This document shows positions 1 through 13,900 of a stretch of DNA of 64,000 nucleotides, piece by piece. The translations under genes and the position numbers were made by a program. Source of the stretch: Lingula anatina (Eukaryota > Animalia > Brachiopoda); the NCBI GenBank assembly GCA_051362555.1, contig CM120641.1, positions 18,724,001 through 18,788,000 on the forward strand, written 5' to 3'. The notes under the pieces are model-generated. The model was not told the origin of the DNA. It was given only the letters and a program-made list of their open reading frames with translations, and made no database searches. How positions within the stretch are numbered: position 1 is the first letter of the stretch; each line of letters starts with the position of its first letter.

Positions 1-586
1 CTGATCCTCCATGTGCAGGTTGCCAACATAACAGTATTCTAACTGTGTGGATCTATTATTTGCTATGACATTAATGACAGCATAACACCTGAAACAAATG
101 GGGATGAAGATATTTGATGCACATGTGAATGTATTTTAACATAATGAATGTGTTTTAACATTAAAATTTATAGAAGTGGCAGCAAATACTGTCATCAGCT
201 GTGTCAAGTACTCAAAACTACAATATACATTCTTTCATCAAGAGCTAAAAATAAAAGTTACATGATATATTTTTCCAACAACTTCAAAAAATAAGAGTTA
301 TTATCGGTCCAATATTACAAAGTCTAACAAGACATCTTCATCAGGGAATGAGGATATATTTGTTTAAGTAGTTTCTACCTAGGAATGCAGTTAGTACACA
401 CCCTTTCTATGGAACCACCACAAAAATGGCGCACAGAGGTAAGGGAAAGGGGCTTCTATTAGCTGTTGTTGGGAGATCTATTATTGTACAACTGACAACC
501 CTTATCGAGGTATTTCAAATATACCCCATTTTTTTTTATTAACATACCAAAGCTTTTTCAAAATGAAACAGAATTAATTTAAACTT

Positions 587-589
<3 letters not shown>

Positions 590-641
<52 letters not shown>
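590..641. repeat. (TA)n microsatellite
   Basis: Uninterrupted TA run of about 25 units. Confidence 0.95.
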
Positions 642-643
<2 letters not shown>

Positions 644-1401
644 TCCTTCAAAAAGACATGAAGAGTAATAATGCTGTGCTAAAGAAATCTTAAGGCTAGG
701 TAGCCATACCTTGATGAAAACTTGCCTGTGTCACCAACCATCAAATGTCATTTCAACTGGTCTCTAAAAATGTTTAAAAAGATCAGTGTTTGTTAATGAA
801 ATAAGAATGAGTAATACTTGAAACTTCTTTTAATGAATGAGTAATACTTAAAACTTCTTTTAATAATATATAAGAGCTCAATTTTAGAAGTAATTTTTAT
901 GAAATTTGGCTAATTGCTTGCAGCTTATCCTACATATTAAATCTATAAAGCGACTGACAACATATTTTGAACCTTTGAGTCTGATACCAAATATTAGTAT
1001 AAATTACAGCCTTTATGCCTTATAGTAATGTCAAACTGAGCCAATTTATTATCTCTTGAAAATGGGAATCATCCCAGATAACTCCAAATCCTGTGGATTA
1101 GCATAAAATCAAGTGAAGTTTGGCATTATTTGTAGAAGAGTGGGGTCAATAATAATGATAAGACTAGTGAGTGCAGTGCAGTAACAAAAGGTGACACAAT
1201 TTATCCATGTCAAATAACACTTCTTTCACTTCTGTATTGCTTTTTAAGAACACTTCCTGGCGCATAGGATTTCACCCTTATCACTAAAAAGTTAACCCAC
1301 CTCACATTCTTCATCTTTCTTGCATTTTTCTCTAGCCTCAGATGACATCAAATAGTGTACCAAGAGCCTCATATCAGGCTATCTCAGATTATTCGGGACC
1401 A

Positions 1402-3796
1402 TTAATACCTACCATGTGAGTTAAGGTCCAAACCACTTGGAGCCAAGAGTTTCACAGTGCCAGTGAGAATTATCTGAAAGATGTGAAAGATAACACCAAT
1501 ATGTGACGAACTTTGCTGCAGTAAAATTCTTGTAAAATATACAAAATATATCACAACAACATCTGCCTTTATTTACTGCCAGTAACTTGGACATAATATA
1601 AATAATATCTATATATTGCCAACCATGGATGCCAGGATGAGAGATCTGCCTATTCCTAGTACTATATCACAAACCAGAGCCAGCAAGTAACATTTTTTAC
1701 AAGTCTCTATTCTTCAACTAAAAAGTATAAGCAAGTTTTAGATATATTATCATTTAATCTTTTAACATTCAGCAATAAAGAAATACAGATTTTGTTGAAG
1801 TTTTTTTTTTTGAAATTTGAGAACTTCTTGCTAGGATTTTTTCTCCCTGCCATAGGTAAAAAACCCTACGCTTCCAGCACACACGATCTTTTTTCCTCTA
1901 ATTCAATGTACATTGAGCTTAACAAAATATCAGCCCGACTTGTCACCTCAAGGCTGGAGGGAGTCAAAAAGCCAAGTTCTTAACCTGGGAATCATTCTCT
2001 GCTTCTTGCTATGATGAGAAGTAAAATGAGAACCAGTGTAGTATCAACACAGAACCACATGGTAACGTATGCCTTGTTTCAACCTCACTGAATAGGAGTA
2101 GATGCAGTCGACCTTCCCCTCCAGGTAGCAAACGGCCCTTAAACAACAGATCACCTCGTTAAATAAAACACAGGTATTCAGAGGAATTCTTATGTTAAAA
2201 GGTGAAACAAATAAAAGTGAGCTTTGCGTAAAACTTTCTCTGTAAAGGTCATAAACATGTGAACAGACCAAGTTTCGTTTTGTATTTTCCCAGTCAACGC
2301 CAAATTTATTATTCCCTTAAGGGATATCTGTTGGATATTATGTATATGTTGTTAAGGCAGACAGATGCTGGTAAGTTGTGGCTGAAAATGTCAATCTCTT
2401 TACACTAATGAAAACCAAAATCATTCACCATGCTTCTGCCTAACATTATATACCTTCTGAATATTTAAGTTCTTACCAATTATTAATCTACAGTTTTCTT
2501 ACACAGAAACATGAAAACATGATTCTTATCTTTAAAGTGGTTGATGAATTGATTACCATTTTCACTATTTTCAACTGTTAGGTAATTAGATATATGGGCT
2601 TAAGCCTAAGAAAAGTTAATTATTGCTAATCTATCAAAATCTGTATAATTTCAGCAATCTGCAAAATTGCTACAAATTGAGTCCCACCTTATTTCTATAT
2701 TTATTCTTGTCAAATAAAAAGGATAACAACTCTTCATTTTAACTGGGAAAGTGCCCCAAAATGGATTTTCCTGAGGTAAATGATGATGTTCCCATACTTA
2801 CTATTGTTAACGAATCCTTTCCAACATTCAATGTTTGTAAATTGTTTTTTTCAGTGTGTTTTTTGTAATGATCTCTTAAGAAATTATTACGGAGGGTACC
2901 CAACCACAGAGCTCCACGTGGTCTGATGGTAAGCACAGATTTCAGGATAACTGCGATAACTGCCGTTTTGGTGTTTAAATGGAATTTATCATATTTTTAC
3001 AAGTTATTTACAATGCAATTATTGTGTATTTTGAATCTCAAATTTTAAATATATTGTTATTATTGACAACTTAAGAAAAACTTGTAAAATTTATCTCAAT
3101 ATGGGGACAGTCCTCAAACAGTTAAGCTTTTTCTGTTACACAGAGTAATTAAAATATATAAAAAGTTTTAAATGAACAAAGAGCTCATTTTTTGGATCAA
3201 AACCTAATAACAGCAGAGATATTGTCTTCAAAGGCTAAAAACTTTTTTCAAAACATATAAAGATTGAATCTTTTACCTAATATGACCTTTTGTAAAAAAA
3301 AGTTGATGTTACCAAAAAAGTTCCACTTCCATATGCAAAAAGTGTAACCTTTACTAAATGTAGCAAATGCAACAGAAATCCTGGCTAAGCGCGTTTGTTT
3401 CAGCTATCAAAGGCTTTTTTCCAATACCTCAGCAAGATTACACAAAATGAGGGAAAAGGTCAATTTTGTAAACACATGTTAGCTCTGTTAGTTAGTTGTC
3501 TGGCAGGGTACAAAAAGAGGGGCTGTGTTCCATTACCTCCACCATTCAGTAACTATTTTGAGAGGTAAACTGATGTTAAACAAATCCTGTACCATGCTGT
3601 ACATGTTTCTACTCCTTTTTTATGTCATTAGCCCTTAGCCTTAGTCCTTAAACCTGAAATGTGGTTTGAAATTCTAAGTACCTGATCCCAAATGTTATAA
3701 CAGTAAAAGGAAATGTATAATTCACACACCATTTCTTTACTTATCAAAATCATGAAAAAAGATCTCTGTATTACCTTCAAACACGCGCGCGCGCGC

Positions 3797-3863
<67 letters not shown>

Positions 3864-6800
3864 AGAGAGAGAGAGACAGAGAGAGAGAGAAGATTAATTG
3901 GGTACAAAAGAAAAGGAACACACACACACGAGACCTGGTAGAGTCTGCTTGTAGCAATACCAGTTGGAACCTATACTAGTAGTAGAGCTACACAAGTTCT
4001 TGCAGAAGAGACCCCAAAAAGTGATTCTAACAGTTAAAACATTATTTTACCAATACATGCTGATTCTGGATCTTTAGTAATTCAAACTCAGATTGCAAAA
4101 GCTAAATGGTCTTTTTTAGATCCCAGAATTTTTTGTCATTAGTGATCATATTTATAGATTCTGTACATTTTCTTTCAGTGAAAAGAAAGAAAAAGTTCTG
4201 ACTTGTTTCTCTAAAGCCTATTTTGTTTTTGAGTTGTTATTGTAATTTTAGCACCACAGTTATAGAACATATCATGAGGTCACATTTGTTGTAAAATGTA
4301 CTTGTACCCAATAAATAAACAAATAATAAAATAAATATTTTTATAACTTGACTTGCATTGACAAGTCTTTAGAAAAGAGTAAGATTTCAATCCAGTCAAA
4401 AGGGATGTACTGCAACTTTCCACCTGCACTTATTTCCCATCCTGCTGAGAAACATGGTACTTCATGTCCGCCACAATTACTGGCGAATTTCTGACCTTTC
4501 AAAAGACGAAACTGTAACTTCAAATTTGTTGTCTTTGCATTAAACAACAACTATTGCTTGAGGGAGACCCACACTCACAAACATAAGTCAGCTTGGGTTG
4601 ATTTCACGTTGTATTGTTTTACCAATCACGGTTATGGTGCAGTAATCTATATAAGTGGTTTCAGCTCAACGGAGACCAAGCTCTCTTCTCACAGCTTACT
4701 GTATTTCATTTGGCAAAGAATTTATTTGATTAACCTCTAGCCCTTATTTTTCTAAGGTCAAAATAATGTCCAAGCAATTTTCACTGACAGCCCCAAATGG
4801 ATTTTAAAGTTTACCCATAAGGATAAAGTAATCCCATTATCTCAGATAAAAACATGGGTGTGGAAGTTGGTTTTAGGTAAAGCTAATCTTCATAATTCAA
4901 GCTTTTTGCTAAACACTATGTCAGCTACCAGAAATGACCTAATGCTTTAGTTAGATTTAAAAGGAATTGTATTATTTTTCTACAAATGATTATTAGTATA
5001 ACTGGAACCAATGTTTTTTTGTTGTTTTTTTTAATCTCATAATTTTCAGTAAATTCTGCGTATGACATGTTTATCTTTAATTTTCTTGCTAAAATATTCA
5101 AATTAGAGTGTTATATATTAATCAATGAAATCAACTCAAAACAGAAAGCAACTTCTTAAACCTTTTCATGCAATAACATTTCAGGATTGTTGACATCAAA
5201 ACAAAAATTCTTGAAGATATACTCATGGTACACAACCAAAGGTAAAAACCTCAATAACAGGAAAAATGCACTGAATTTTCATTTAAGGAACTATATAAAA
5301 TTGTTTTTCACTATGATCAGAAAACTTCCTGTTTGTCCTAGACTTCATTCTGCACTTATTGTCTCTTAGAAGAAAAATACTGAAAAATGTAAAGGTCACG
5401 GTACCTAAAGATGCTGAAATTGAAAACAATCTCCCTTGCTTTGTAGAATGAATAATAACTTCATAGACACATATTAACCTCTAAATCAGCTACACCTGTA
5501 AAACACTCACATTGTAAAACATTCAGATAATAAAGGACAAGAAACTGTTGTGATCAAACAGCATATGGATCCATCTGCTGTTGCTATTTCAATTCAGCTG
5601 TGTTTTTTCATGAAAGGCATACTTGTTATTGTGTTTTCTAAACATGCTGTACAAATTACAAGACTGCCTTTTTAAAACCTAGAACTAATATCTGTTCTTA
5701 TTCCACTCCTCCTTCAGTAGTTACACTTATTTCTTAAAATACCATAACACAAGTTTATAAATGCAGAAAATTAATAATTTCAAGTAAGGCTCAAACTCAT
5801 TGAAACGGCTTCAAACTTAATTATTTATCAAATATACATTTTTTGTGAAAGTGTGTGTGTGTGGGGGGGGGTGGGTAACTTTGAATATTGTTTGGATAAT
5901 ATGAATGCAAATATATAAATAAATGGGTGAAATTGTAAAAACTGAAAATCCTAAAAACGTAGCTTGCAATGTCTCACCGCATTTAGACCATATGAAAAAA
6001 AATGATAAAAATGTAAAAATGAAGACTGAAAATTTTGAAATCAGGCATAATACTGAAAACGTTCACCCATGTACCCATATTTACATCATTAAATCATTTC
6101 ATCAATTAAATAAAAACAGCACATTGTCTTACCTTATCCCTAGCAGGTACGAAACAAATTGCCTGACATTGTACCAAACGGCGATTCATCTTAGAGATTT
6201 CTATCCTAGCTGTGACAGGCTCCCCAATGTATACTGTAAAAACAAATAAATCCAATTACCTGTAAAATATCAGACTATCATTCCCAGAGCATGCCTCTGT
6301 AATAACTATTGTTACAGCACATTCATCTGTGGATGTTTACTTCTTTGAGTGTAGTGACTCTGTCAGTAAAAACAAAAGAAACCAATAAGACTGCAATGCC
6401 ATTCAAAGTGCTTTCTGTATCTAACAAAATAGCAACATTTGAAAAATATATTAAGACAAATTATTGTAGAGTATGTTCACTAAAAGATGTTCGTCAACCA
6501 GTTTGGCATAATTAGAGAAAATAGAATGCAAGATATGATAATAAAGCTATACAAATATATATAAATTAAGATAGCTTTGCATAACTAAAGCTACAGTTGT
6601 CAGGGATAAATGAAAGCTTAATAAGTAAAAATAGTTAATATTATTGTATAAACTTACAAGGGGATAGAAACTTCAATTCTTGTGATAAAACTGCTGTGCC
6701 TGGACCAGGGAGTTTGGTGCCAAGAACAGCAGATATCAAACTGAAACAAATATTCAAATACATTTGACAGTGTAATGTGCCACATTTTTCCTTTACCTAA

Positions 6801-7608
6801 TCATCCCAGATATACAGGTATATAGAAAAGACAATAGCTAGGATGACCCATAAAGTTTCTCGTAAACTTAATTTGTAATATAAAAAATGATGGAGTCTGT
6901 GGATGGAGAAAACTGTTACATACAACAAATGCAGAAATTAACATTTGCTTGCAGTCTAAAGTCTTTGTCAGAATGGTCATAAAAATGGTGGTGTTATAAC
7001 CTAAATTTAAATATGGTTGAAAAAAGGACAAATGCGCACAAAAGAAGTGGGATAGACCAGCTTCTGGGGGAAAAGAGATGCAAGAAAAACAAGTAATCAT
7101 TGTTCATTAAGCTTAACCATAAGTCAAATTGTTTTTATTGTTCAGAACATTATTAGTGTATACACACATTTTCCTTGGTTAAAACATTGTTGATTCTACA
7201 GTGTAGTTAGTAACTATTGTAATTTGAGGAGGAGTGACACCGAATGAAACATTAAAGTACCGGGGAGTAACATTGACCCTTTTATCTACGTTTATAAAAC
7301 ATGTTACAACTGACATTGTAGCTTTGTTCGAAGATCTATCAATGCATAATAATGGTTCTGTCTATAATGTACCCATTAACCAATACCCCATGCACTATGG
7401 GTCGTCCAAATAAACTCGACTTCGCGAAATCTTCATCTTGGTGAATTGGGTTCGAGTCTCCAGTTATTTGAGCAAAAACCGACACGTCCTCTTTGGTGAA
7501 TGTCTTTGTCAGCTCTGCAGTGTCCCCAATTTTATAAGAAATTATCCTGTTCGAACACTTTCTGAAATTCTTAGCTAAAGCCAAAATACTACTCTTGAAG
7601 ACATTCAT
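1402..7608 (-). CDS. HTD2: Hydroxyacyl-thioester dehydratase type 2 (MaoC/hot-dog fold, mitochondrial FAS-II), 4 coding exons, 163 aa
   Basis: Exons 7608-7373, 6740-6658, 6233-6133, 1473-1402, all GT-AG and phase-compatible. Translation includes FAQITGDSNPIHQDEDFAKSSLFGRPIVHGVLVNG|LISAVLGTKLPGPGTAVLSQELKFLSPL|YIGEPVTARIEI...DK|IILTGTVKLL, i.e. the MaoC hydratase motif (GDxNPIH...HG). Basic, acid-free N-terminus resembles a mitochondrial presequence. The last exon is the least certain. Confidence 0.88.
3781..3890. repeat. Compound microsatellite (CG)14-(TG)n-(AG)n
   Basis: Directly visible; lies in HTD2 intron 3. Confidence 0.95.
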
Positions 7609-7978
7609 CTTCACCGCTTGGTGAGAGTGAGTCACAATGCCGTCTATCGACAGAAATTAGATTCATTTAAATCAAGAATGACTGATAGTGTTATTCATCA
7701 TTCAGCAGAAGTAATGGGAGTAACTTATCAAACAGTTTTTGTGATGCTCAAAATTTGACATCTCTAAACTACAAGAGGATAAAGATTAAAAAATAAAGAA
7801 AATCTTGGCTTGTCTTGTAATGTTCCACCTATATTTTATCCTCTTATAAACATGACCAATGTTATAGCCTATTAGCCACATCAACCCGCACGACCGTGCA
7901 GTGTGATCGTAAATGACCTGTTCCTAGCTTTCCAGAAGTCTCCTTAAAATCAAAGCAAAGGGGACAAGGAAATAAGTC
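7609..7978. promoter_or_regulatory. Putative bidirectional promoter between HTD2 and the SLC5 gene
   Basis: Divergent start codons are only 370 bp apart, so both promoters must lie in or overlap this interval. Confidence 0.6.
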
Positions 7979-10900
7979 ATGGAGGGTCAAACCCTAGGAC
8001 CGGGCGATGTTGCTGCAATAGTTATATATTTTGTAGCGGTCATGGTCGTGGGTTGTTTTGTAAGTATGGCTTTTAAATTAAAGTTTGAAATTGTCCACAC
8101 CAGTCCCACACTGCACATACTGCCACTGTCTTTACCAGCAGAATGCATATGTCATCTGTAAATATCTGTGTAATTTCAGGCGTCTTTTAAGACACTGAAT
8201 AGATTATTGCCTAATGATAGGTTATATTATTGGCAAGATTGATATATGTGATTGATGTTTATTTTTTCATGGTTGGGTTGAGATGTTTACGTTTATTATT
8301 TCACACAAGTAGCATAAAGCACCATGCGTTATCGGTGCTATCTACTTATCTTCAATTTCTGATATGCACTTTTTGTGTTAACACAGGAATGATAGAGGTG
8401 CCTTAATATGTAACATTAAAACCAGCTATCTCGTCCTCTGCCATGTGTGTTTATGTGTAGATGTGTGTTGGGAGGGGGGGGGGGGGGGGGTCAAATCTCT
8501 TACTAATAATTTCCATGTATCTCCTTAAAACACCCATTCCTAAAAAGCCAGACTGCATGTGAATAAGATTTATCATTTGGTCTACCAGGTATATTGCTGT
8601 GAAATTAATTCCCTTTGAATACTGCCAATTTTACAGACTTCTGAATGTGTAAAGTAGTTCAGATAAAGAGGCAATATCTTGAACCCACGAGGAAAGATAC
8701 TATTGCAGTGGCGGATTTAGGAGGGTGTCAGGGGGGTCTCTGAAAAAATCACACCAATGGTCTCCTCTTAAATTACGGATTTTGACTAACTGAATCATAG
8801 TTCTAAACCAGGGAGGGGGGGTCACATTTCTCCCCCCCCCAGAATAATCATGGATCTGCCCCTGCTTAGCAATTGTAAAGAATCAGAGGGGGGGTAATTC
8901 TTGACATAATACAAAAAATTTCTCTGACCTTTTAATTTTGTGAAAATCCTAGATCAAAAAGAACAATTTGTTTTCAGTGCATTTTCAAATATGTGGTATG
9001 TTTTTATTGTAGGCATTGTGCCATAAGAACAGGGGAACTATAAGTGGCTACTTTCTGGCTGGGAGGTTCATGACATGGCTTCCTGTAAGTTTATTTATTA
9101 TTATTATTTATTAAAGGAATGATCTTGTTGATTGTGCCCTGTGAATCTTCTGTTTAAAGAGAATCAATAAAGAAATTGTTTGGAAGAGCTTTTGGAATCT
9201 CATATTTTATGCAGAATAAAAATTTAAAAGTAAAGGGATGCTGTTGTGCTGATTTACAGGTTGGTGCTTCTTTATTTGCCAGTAACATTGGCAGTGACCA
9301 CTTCATAGGTTTGGCTGGCTCTGGGGCCGCTACTGGTCTGGCCATGGGAGCTTTTGAACTGAATGTAAGTAGAGCACTATGTGCTTTATATAAAATTGTC
9401 TTTTTTTTTCATTATAACTGGCAATTAGTTCACATTTGAAGGGTGAAATCAAATGACAGATATGTATTATTCAGAACTATGCACTTTTTTCTCAGTCTGA
9501 ATATTATTAGATGACTTTGTTTTTATGTTATGCATTCCAGGCCTTGATCATCCTTCAGCTACTTGGGTGGGTATACTTACCTGTGTTTATTGCATGTGGG
9601 GTAAGTATGAAATAATTGCTATTCAAATCCAAAGAAATATGTGGTTCATGTATGAAGCGTTGATAATTGACCTCCTTATTTGTAATTGCTTGATTATTTC
9701 TTTGTATGAGTTGGGTCATAGGTCTATGACATTTGAATCAAAATTAATTGTACTGATGGATGATTTTTCAAAACTATATTTCTGTTTTTACTCATTTTTA
9801 CTAATACTTTAATGAAATGTATTAGGGACTAGTTATCTTCAAAATTTATCTTATCTCCTTACTTATTAGGTTTCTACACTACCTGAGTATATGACCAAAA
9901 GATTTGGTGGGAAGAGGATTAGAATATATCTTGCCATTTTATCTCTGCTTCTTTATATTTTTACAAAGATATCAGTAAGTGAGAAATGGTAATTGTATAA
10001 TGACAATGTTATAAACAATTTGCTACTACAATGAAAGTTTATTTGGCAGGTGTGTCATATAGTCATACTATGATGTAAAATGGTAATTAAGAAACGCTGT
10101 TCAAATATGATGATACATAAAGGTGATTAAAATACAAATAGACTACCTTTAATAGGTGAAAAATCAAGCAAAGGTGATTTTAGTATATTATGGTGTTGAA
10201 TGTACAGTCTCCTGTTTCAGAAAGATATTCACAGAAACTTAGCTAGAGCTACAATAAATGGTTTCTGAGAGGTTTCCATGATGAAAAGATTTTTCATCAT
10301 CTATTGAAAAATTTTTGAAAAATTGAAATCTACAAATAAGTGTTTTAATATGATATACATGTTTTTTGTTTTGTGAAAACCTTTAAATATAGCATGTCAG
10401 TTTATAGAAATGATGCATTTGCATAGTTTTTGATGAATGACTTTTTTGTTTTGTATCCTAGGTGGATCTTTTTGCAGGTGCTATATTTATAAGAACTGCT
10501 CTTGGGTGGAATCTCTACCTTTCTATATTCTTATTGTTAGTTTTGACTGTGGTATGTGTAATGACAGGTAAGAGCTGGCTGGGTTTAAATATTTAAATTA
10601 CTGAATTTAGAGATCATGTAGTTTCATTTGTGAAATATTAAGAAAAAAAGAGTAGCAAAACATTTACTACTTTGTATTGAGAAAAGATTGTATACTGTTT
10701 GGTATATTATGAATAGTTATGTACTTTCTTAATCTATGTCTGATAAGTGAAATTTCAAAAGGAAAATAATACATCTCGGTTTTCATTCTGAAAATTCCCT
10801 AAAAGCCAGTCCTTGATTTTTATGTTGCCTTTTTAGGTGGATTAACAGCAGTCATCTACACAGAAGTGATTCAGTGTTTCATTATGGTGATAGGGTCTGC

Positions 10901-13900
10901 CATTCTCATGGTCATGAGTGAGTATATAACAGGTGTACCCTCTCCCAGGGTGGCAGATATTATAGGCTAAATTTCCAAAAGCCACCCTGTAACTTTTGGC
11001 CAGATGGAAACAATTTTTAAAATCTGCACGTGCGCAGGTGGCATTGTACCAGCACTGTAGGGAGCTACTACAGGAGATTCCTTAGATAGCTTCAATCTGA
11101 AGAAACAAGCTATTCAGAAGGGGCTAATTTTATCTGTCACAAAAGAGCAAGTAATTAAAATCAGAGCAATTAAATGTATTGATTGCTGCCAAGAGAACTT
11201 GGCCTGGTCCTGGCAAGTGGCAGTGCCTGAGCAGTTATGCAAACTATCACCAGTCATGTAATCAACCTAGAGATTTTAGCATAGGGTCAGAGATAGCAAA
11301 ATGACAGTCTATTTATCTAAAGACATATCTGTGAATATCTTGTGAAAAATCAATCTGTGGCCCTGGTAGAGGGTACAACAGGTGTTAGAGTCTGCCATAC
11401 TGATGACCATAAGTGAGTATACATATACAACAGGTGTTAGTCTGCCATACTGATGGTCATGAGTGAGTATACATATACAACAGATGTTGGAGTCTGCCAT
11501 ACTGATGGTCATGAGTGAGTATACAACAGGTGGTAGAGTCTGCCATACTGAGGGTCATGAGTGAGTATACAGCAGGTGGTAGGGTGTGCCATACTGAGGG
11601 TCATGGGTTAGTATACAGCAGGTGGTAGAGTCTGCCATACTGAGGGTCATGAGTGAGTATACAGCAGGTGGTAGGGTGTGCCATACTGAGGGTCATGGGT
11701 TAGTATAAAGCAGGTGGTAGAGTCTACTATTTTGATGGTCATGAGTGGTTATACATATACAGCAGGTGGTAGGGTCTGCCATTTTGAGTATGAAACAGGT
11801 AGACAGGGACATACTCGTATTAGTTGTAAAATATAATTACTTGATATTGTCTTGTTAATATATCTTATTTAAGCTCTTTTCATTTTTTTTCAGGTTTGGT
11901 AAAAATAGGAGGGTTTTCCAGTTTATATTCCAAATATATGAGAGCAATGCCAAACACCACTTATTTTCCAAGCAGCAACTCTTCTGCTGTTTGTGGCAAG
12001 CCTCTTCCAGATGCCTGGATCATGCTGAGGGGTGCTGATGATCCTGTGATGCCATGGCCAGCCTTTCTGTTGGGTCAAGTACCTGCTGCCATGTGGTATT
12101 GGTGTGCTGACCAGGTTAGAGATGGTTTGTTTATATTTCCTTGACAACACAGTGATGATATGTTTCAGGCTGTGTAAGCTATCTTTCTCAGGCAGGTGGT
12201 AGTTTTGGTGTTGGGAAGGGGAGGAGGTTGAGCAGTTGGAAAATGTCCTCTATGGATCAAAATTTGATCTAGGTTCTGTTCCATTTCTCAACTGAGGGGG
12301 GTAAAAATGTCCACTTTTTTTCAGAAAGTACTCCCCTTTTGAAATTTCTCCTTTTTCTTAAACAATGGTTATTCAGTCACAAAATACGAGCATCTGTTGT
12401 AGTACCACTGTGGTTTGTGAAAACAGTTGCAAAATGATAATTTTTTTTCTTTGCTGTCCAGAACAGCTTTTCTTAATTTTTTTAATCTGCCCAACACTAG
12501 TTGTTTTCAGATCCTGTATATTCCAGTAAACTGATCATTTTATATGGTTGTGGATGTTTTGTTGTTAGATGATTGTTCAACGCGCCCTGTCAGCTCGCAG
12601 TCTGTCCCATGCCCAGGGTGGAACTACCCTTGCAGGCTATATCAAGATACTTCCAGTGTTTTTGTTAGTTATACCAGGAATGATCAGCAGAGTGCTGTTT
12701 CCAAGTAAGAGTCTCATCTGACTTGAAAAATTAATCTTACATGAAAAATTACTTGAATTAGTAAGTTTGACACTGTAATGAATATTGCCCCAGGTCATGT
12801 CTTTGCAAAATATGTCATGAACAGTGTTAATATTTAGAGTTAATAACAAAAACTTTCTCATTCTATTGATAAAACTAAATTCATTGTTTTCAATACATTC
12901 TGTTGTTTTTAATTCTAATTTTGTCATACATTGGGCTAGTATTATGAGGTAGGGTTGAGCTTTAAGCAGCAATGAGAAACTCTTTGCTCTGTAAATGTTG
13001 TGTTAGGAAGCAGTACAAAGGTAAAATGCAAAACAGGGTGAATTTGTACTGTTGTGCAAAAAGACTATAATTTAACAGAACTTAAGAGTAAACTGTCAGT
13101 AAAATATAAGTGGATAAATTCTGTCAGCATTTATTTTTTTGCTGCACTGCTTTAGCCAGCCTGCCATTAATTATGACCCCACTCTCCTCAAAATTCAGCA
13201 AACATTTCTATGATTATTTGCCTAATAGCAAGACTCTTGACTATATTGGTAGAACCCCATATTAATCAAATGATGCAATGATATTGTATTTTGTTCCTCA
13301 TGCTTTTGGATGTAGGATAATGAATTGTTGGTTAACCATTATCTCAATGATTGTTCAATCATTACTTCAGATGAAGTGGGTTGTGCAGACCCAGATATAT
13401 GTGCTGCTGTGTGTGACAACAGGGCCGGGTGCTCTAATATTGCATATCCGAAATTAGTCATGGCCATCATGCCTGAAGGTAAATCTTTTTTCATTCACAT
13501 GCAAGATGAGTACATTAGCTTAATTACATCCTTTTTTATGTACAGACACAAATGTGTTTGTACATATAGCCATCACCTGGGTCTGTCATTGTCGTCGTCG
13601 CCATGCACTTTCAGTATTATAATGATAAGTATAAAACTTTTTGACCTTTTGTTTTCAAACTTACAGAATTGGGAATATCCATTAAGTACAGATTGAGTCG
13701 AAAAATGAACTATTTAGTGTTCTTCTGACATTATCTGCATCTTAGCAATTACATGAGTTGATTAAATATAATAAAATGATGATAAATCTGATATTGTTTA
13801 TTGTCTAATAAAGTGTCAAAAATGGAAATAAACTCATATCAGTGCAGTTTGTCAAATTCAATCCCCCACTATGTTCAGAATCTTAACATGGACCAAATTG

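Noticed and set aside
3628-3979. ORFs with HTHT/RARA/CVCV runs
   Set aside because: Translation artefacts of the compound microsatellite.
1980-5500. Several AG...GT bounded segments in HTD2 intron 3 (for example 5405-5495 and 1984-2007)
   Set aside because: Immediate stops or no recognisable protein; expected by chance in AT-rich introns.
6260-6421. Exon-like unit between HTD2 exons 2 and 3 (acceptor at 6421, donor at 6260)
   Set aside because: Contains an in-frame stop and would leave only about 27 nt of intron before exon 3; no support as coding or as selenocysteine read-through.
11376-11791. CRISPR-like appearance of the regular 46-bp repeats
   Set aside because: No unique spacers, eukaryotic context, and the unit is clearly derived from the neighbouring exon junction.
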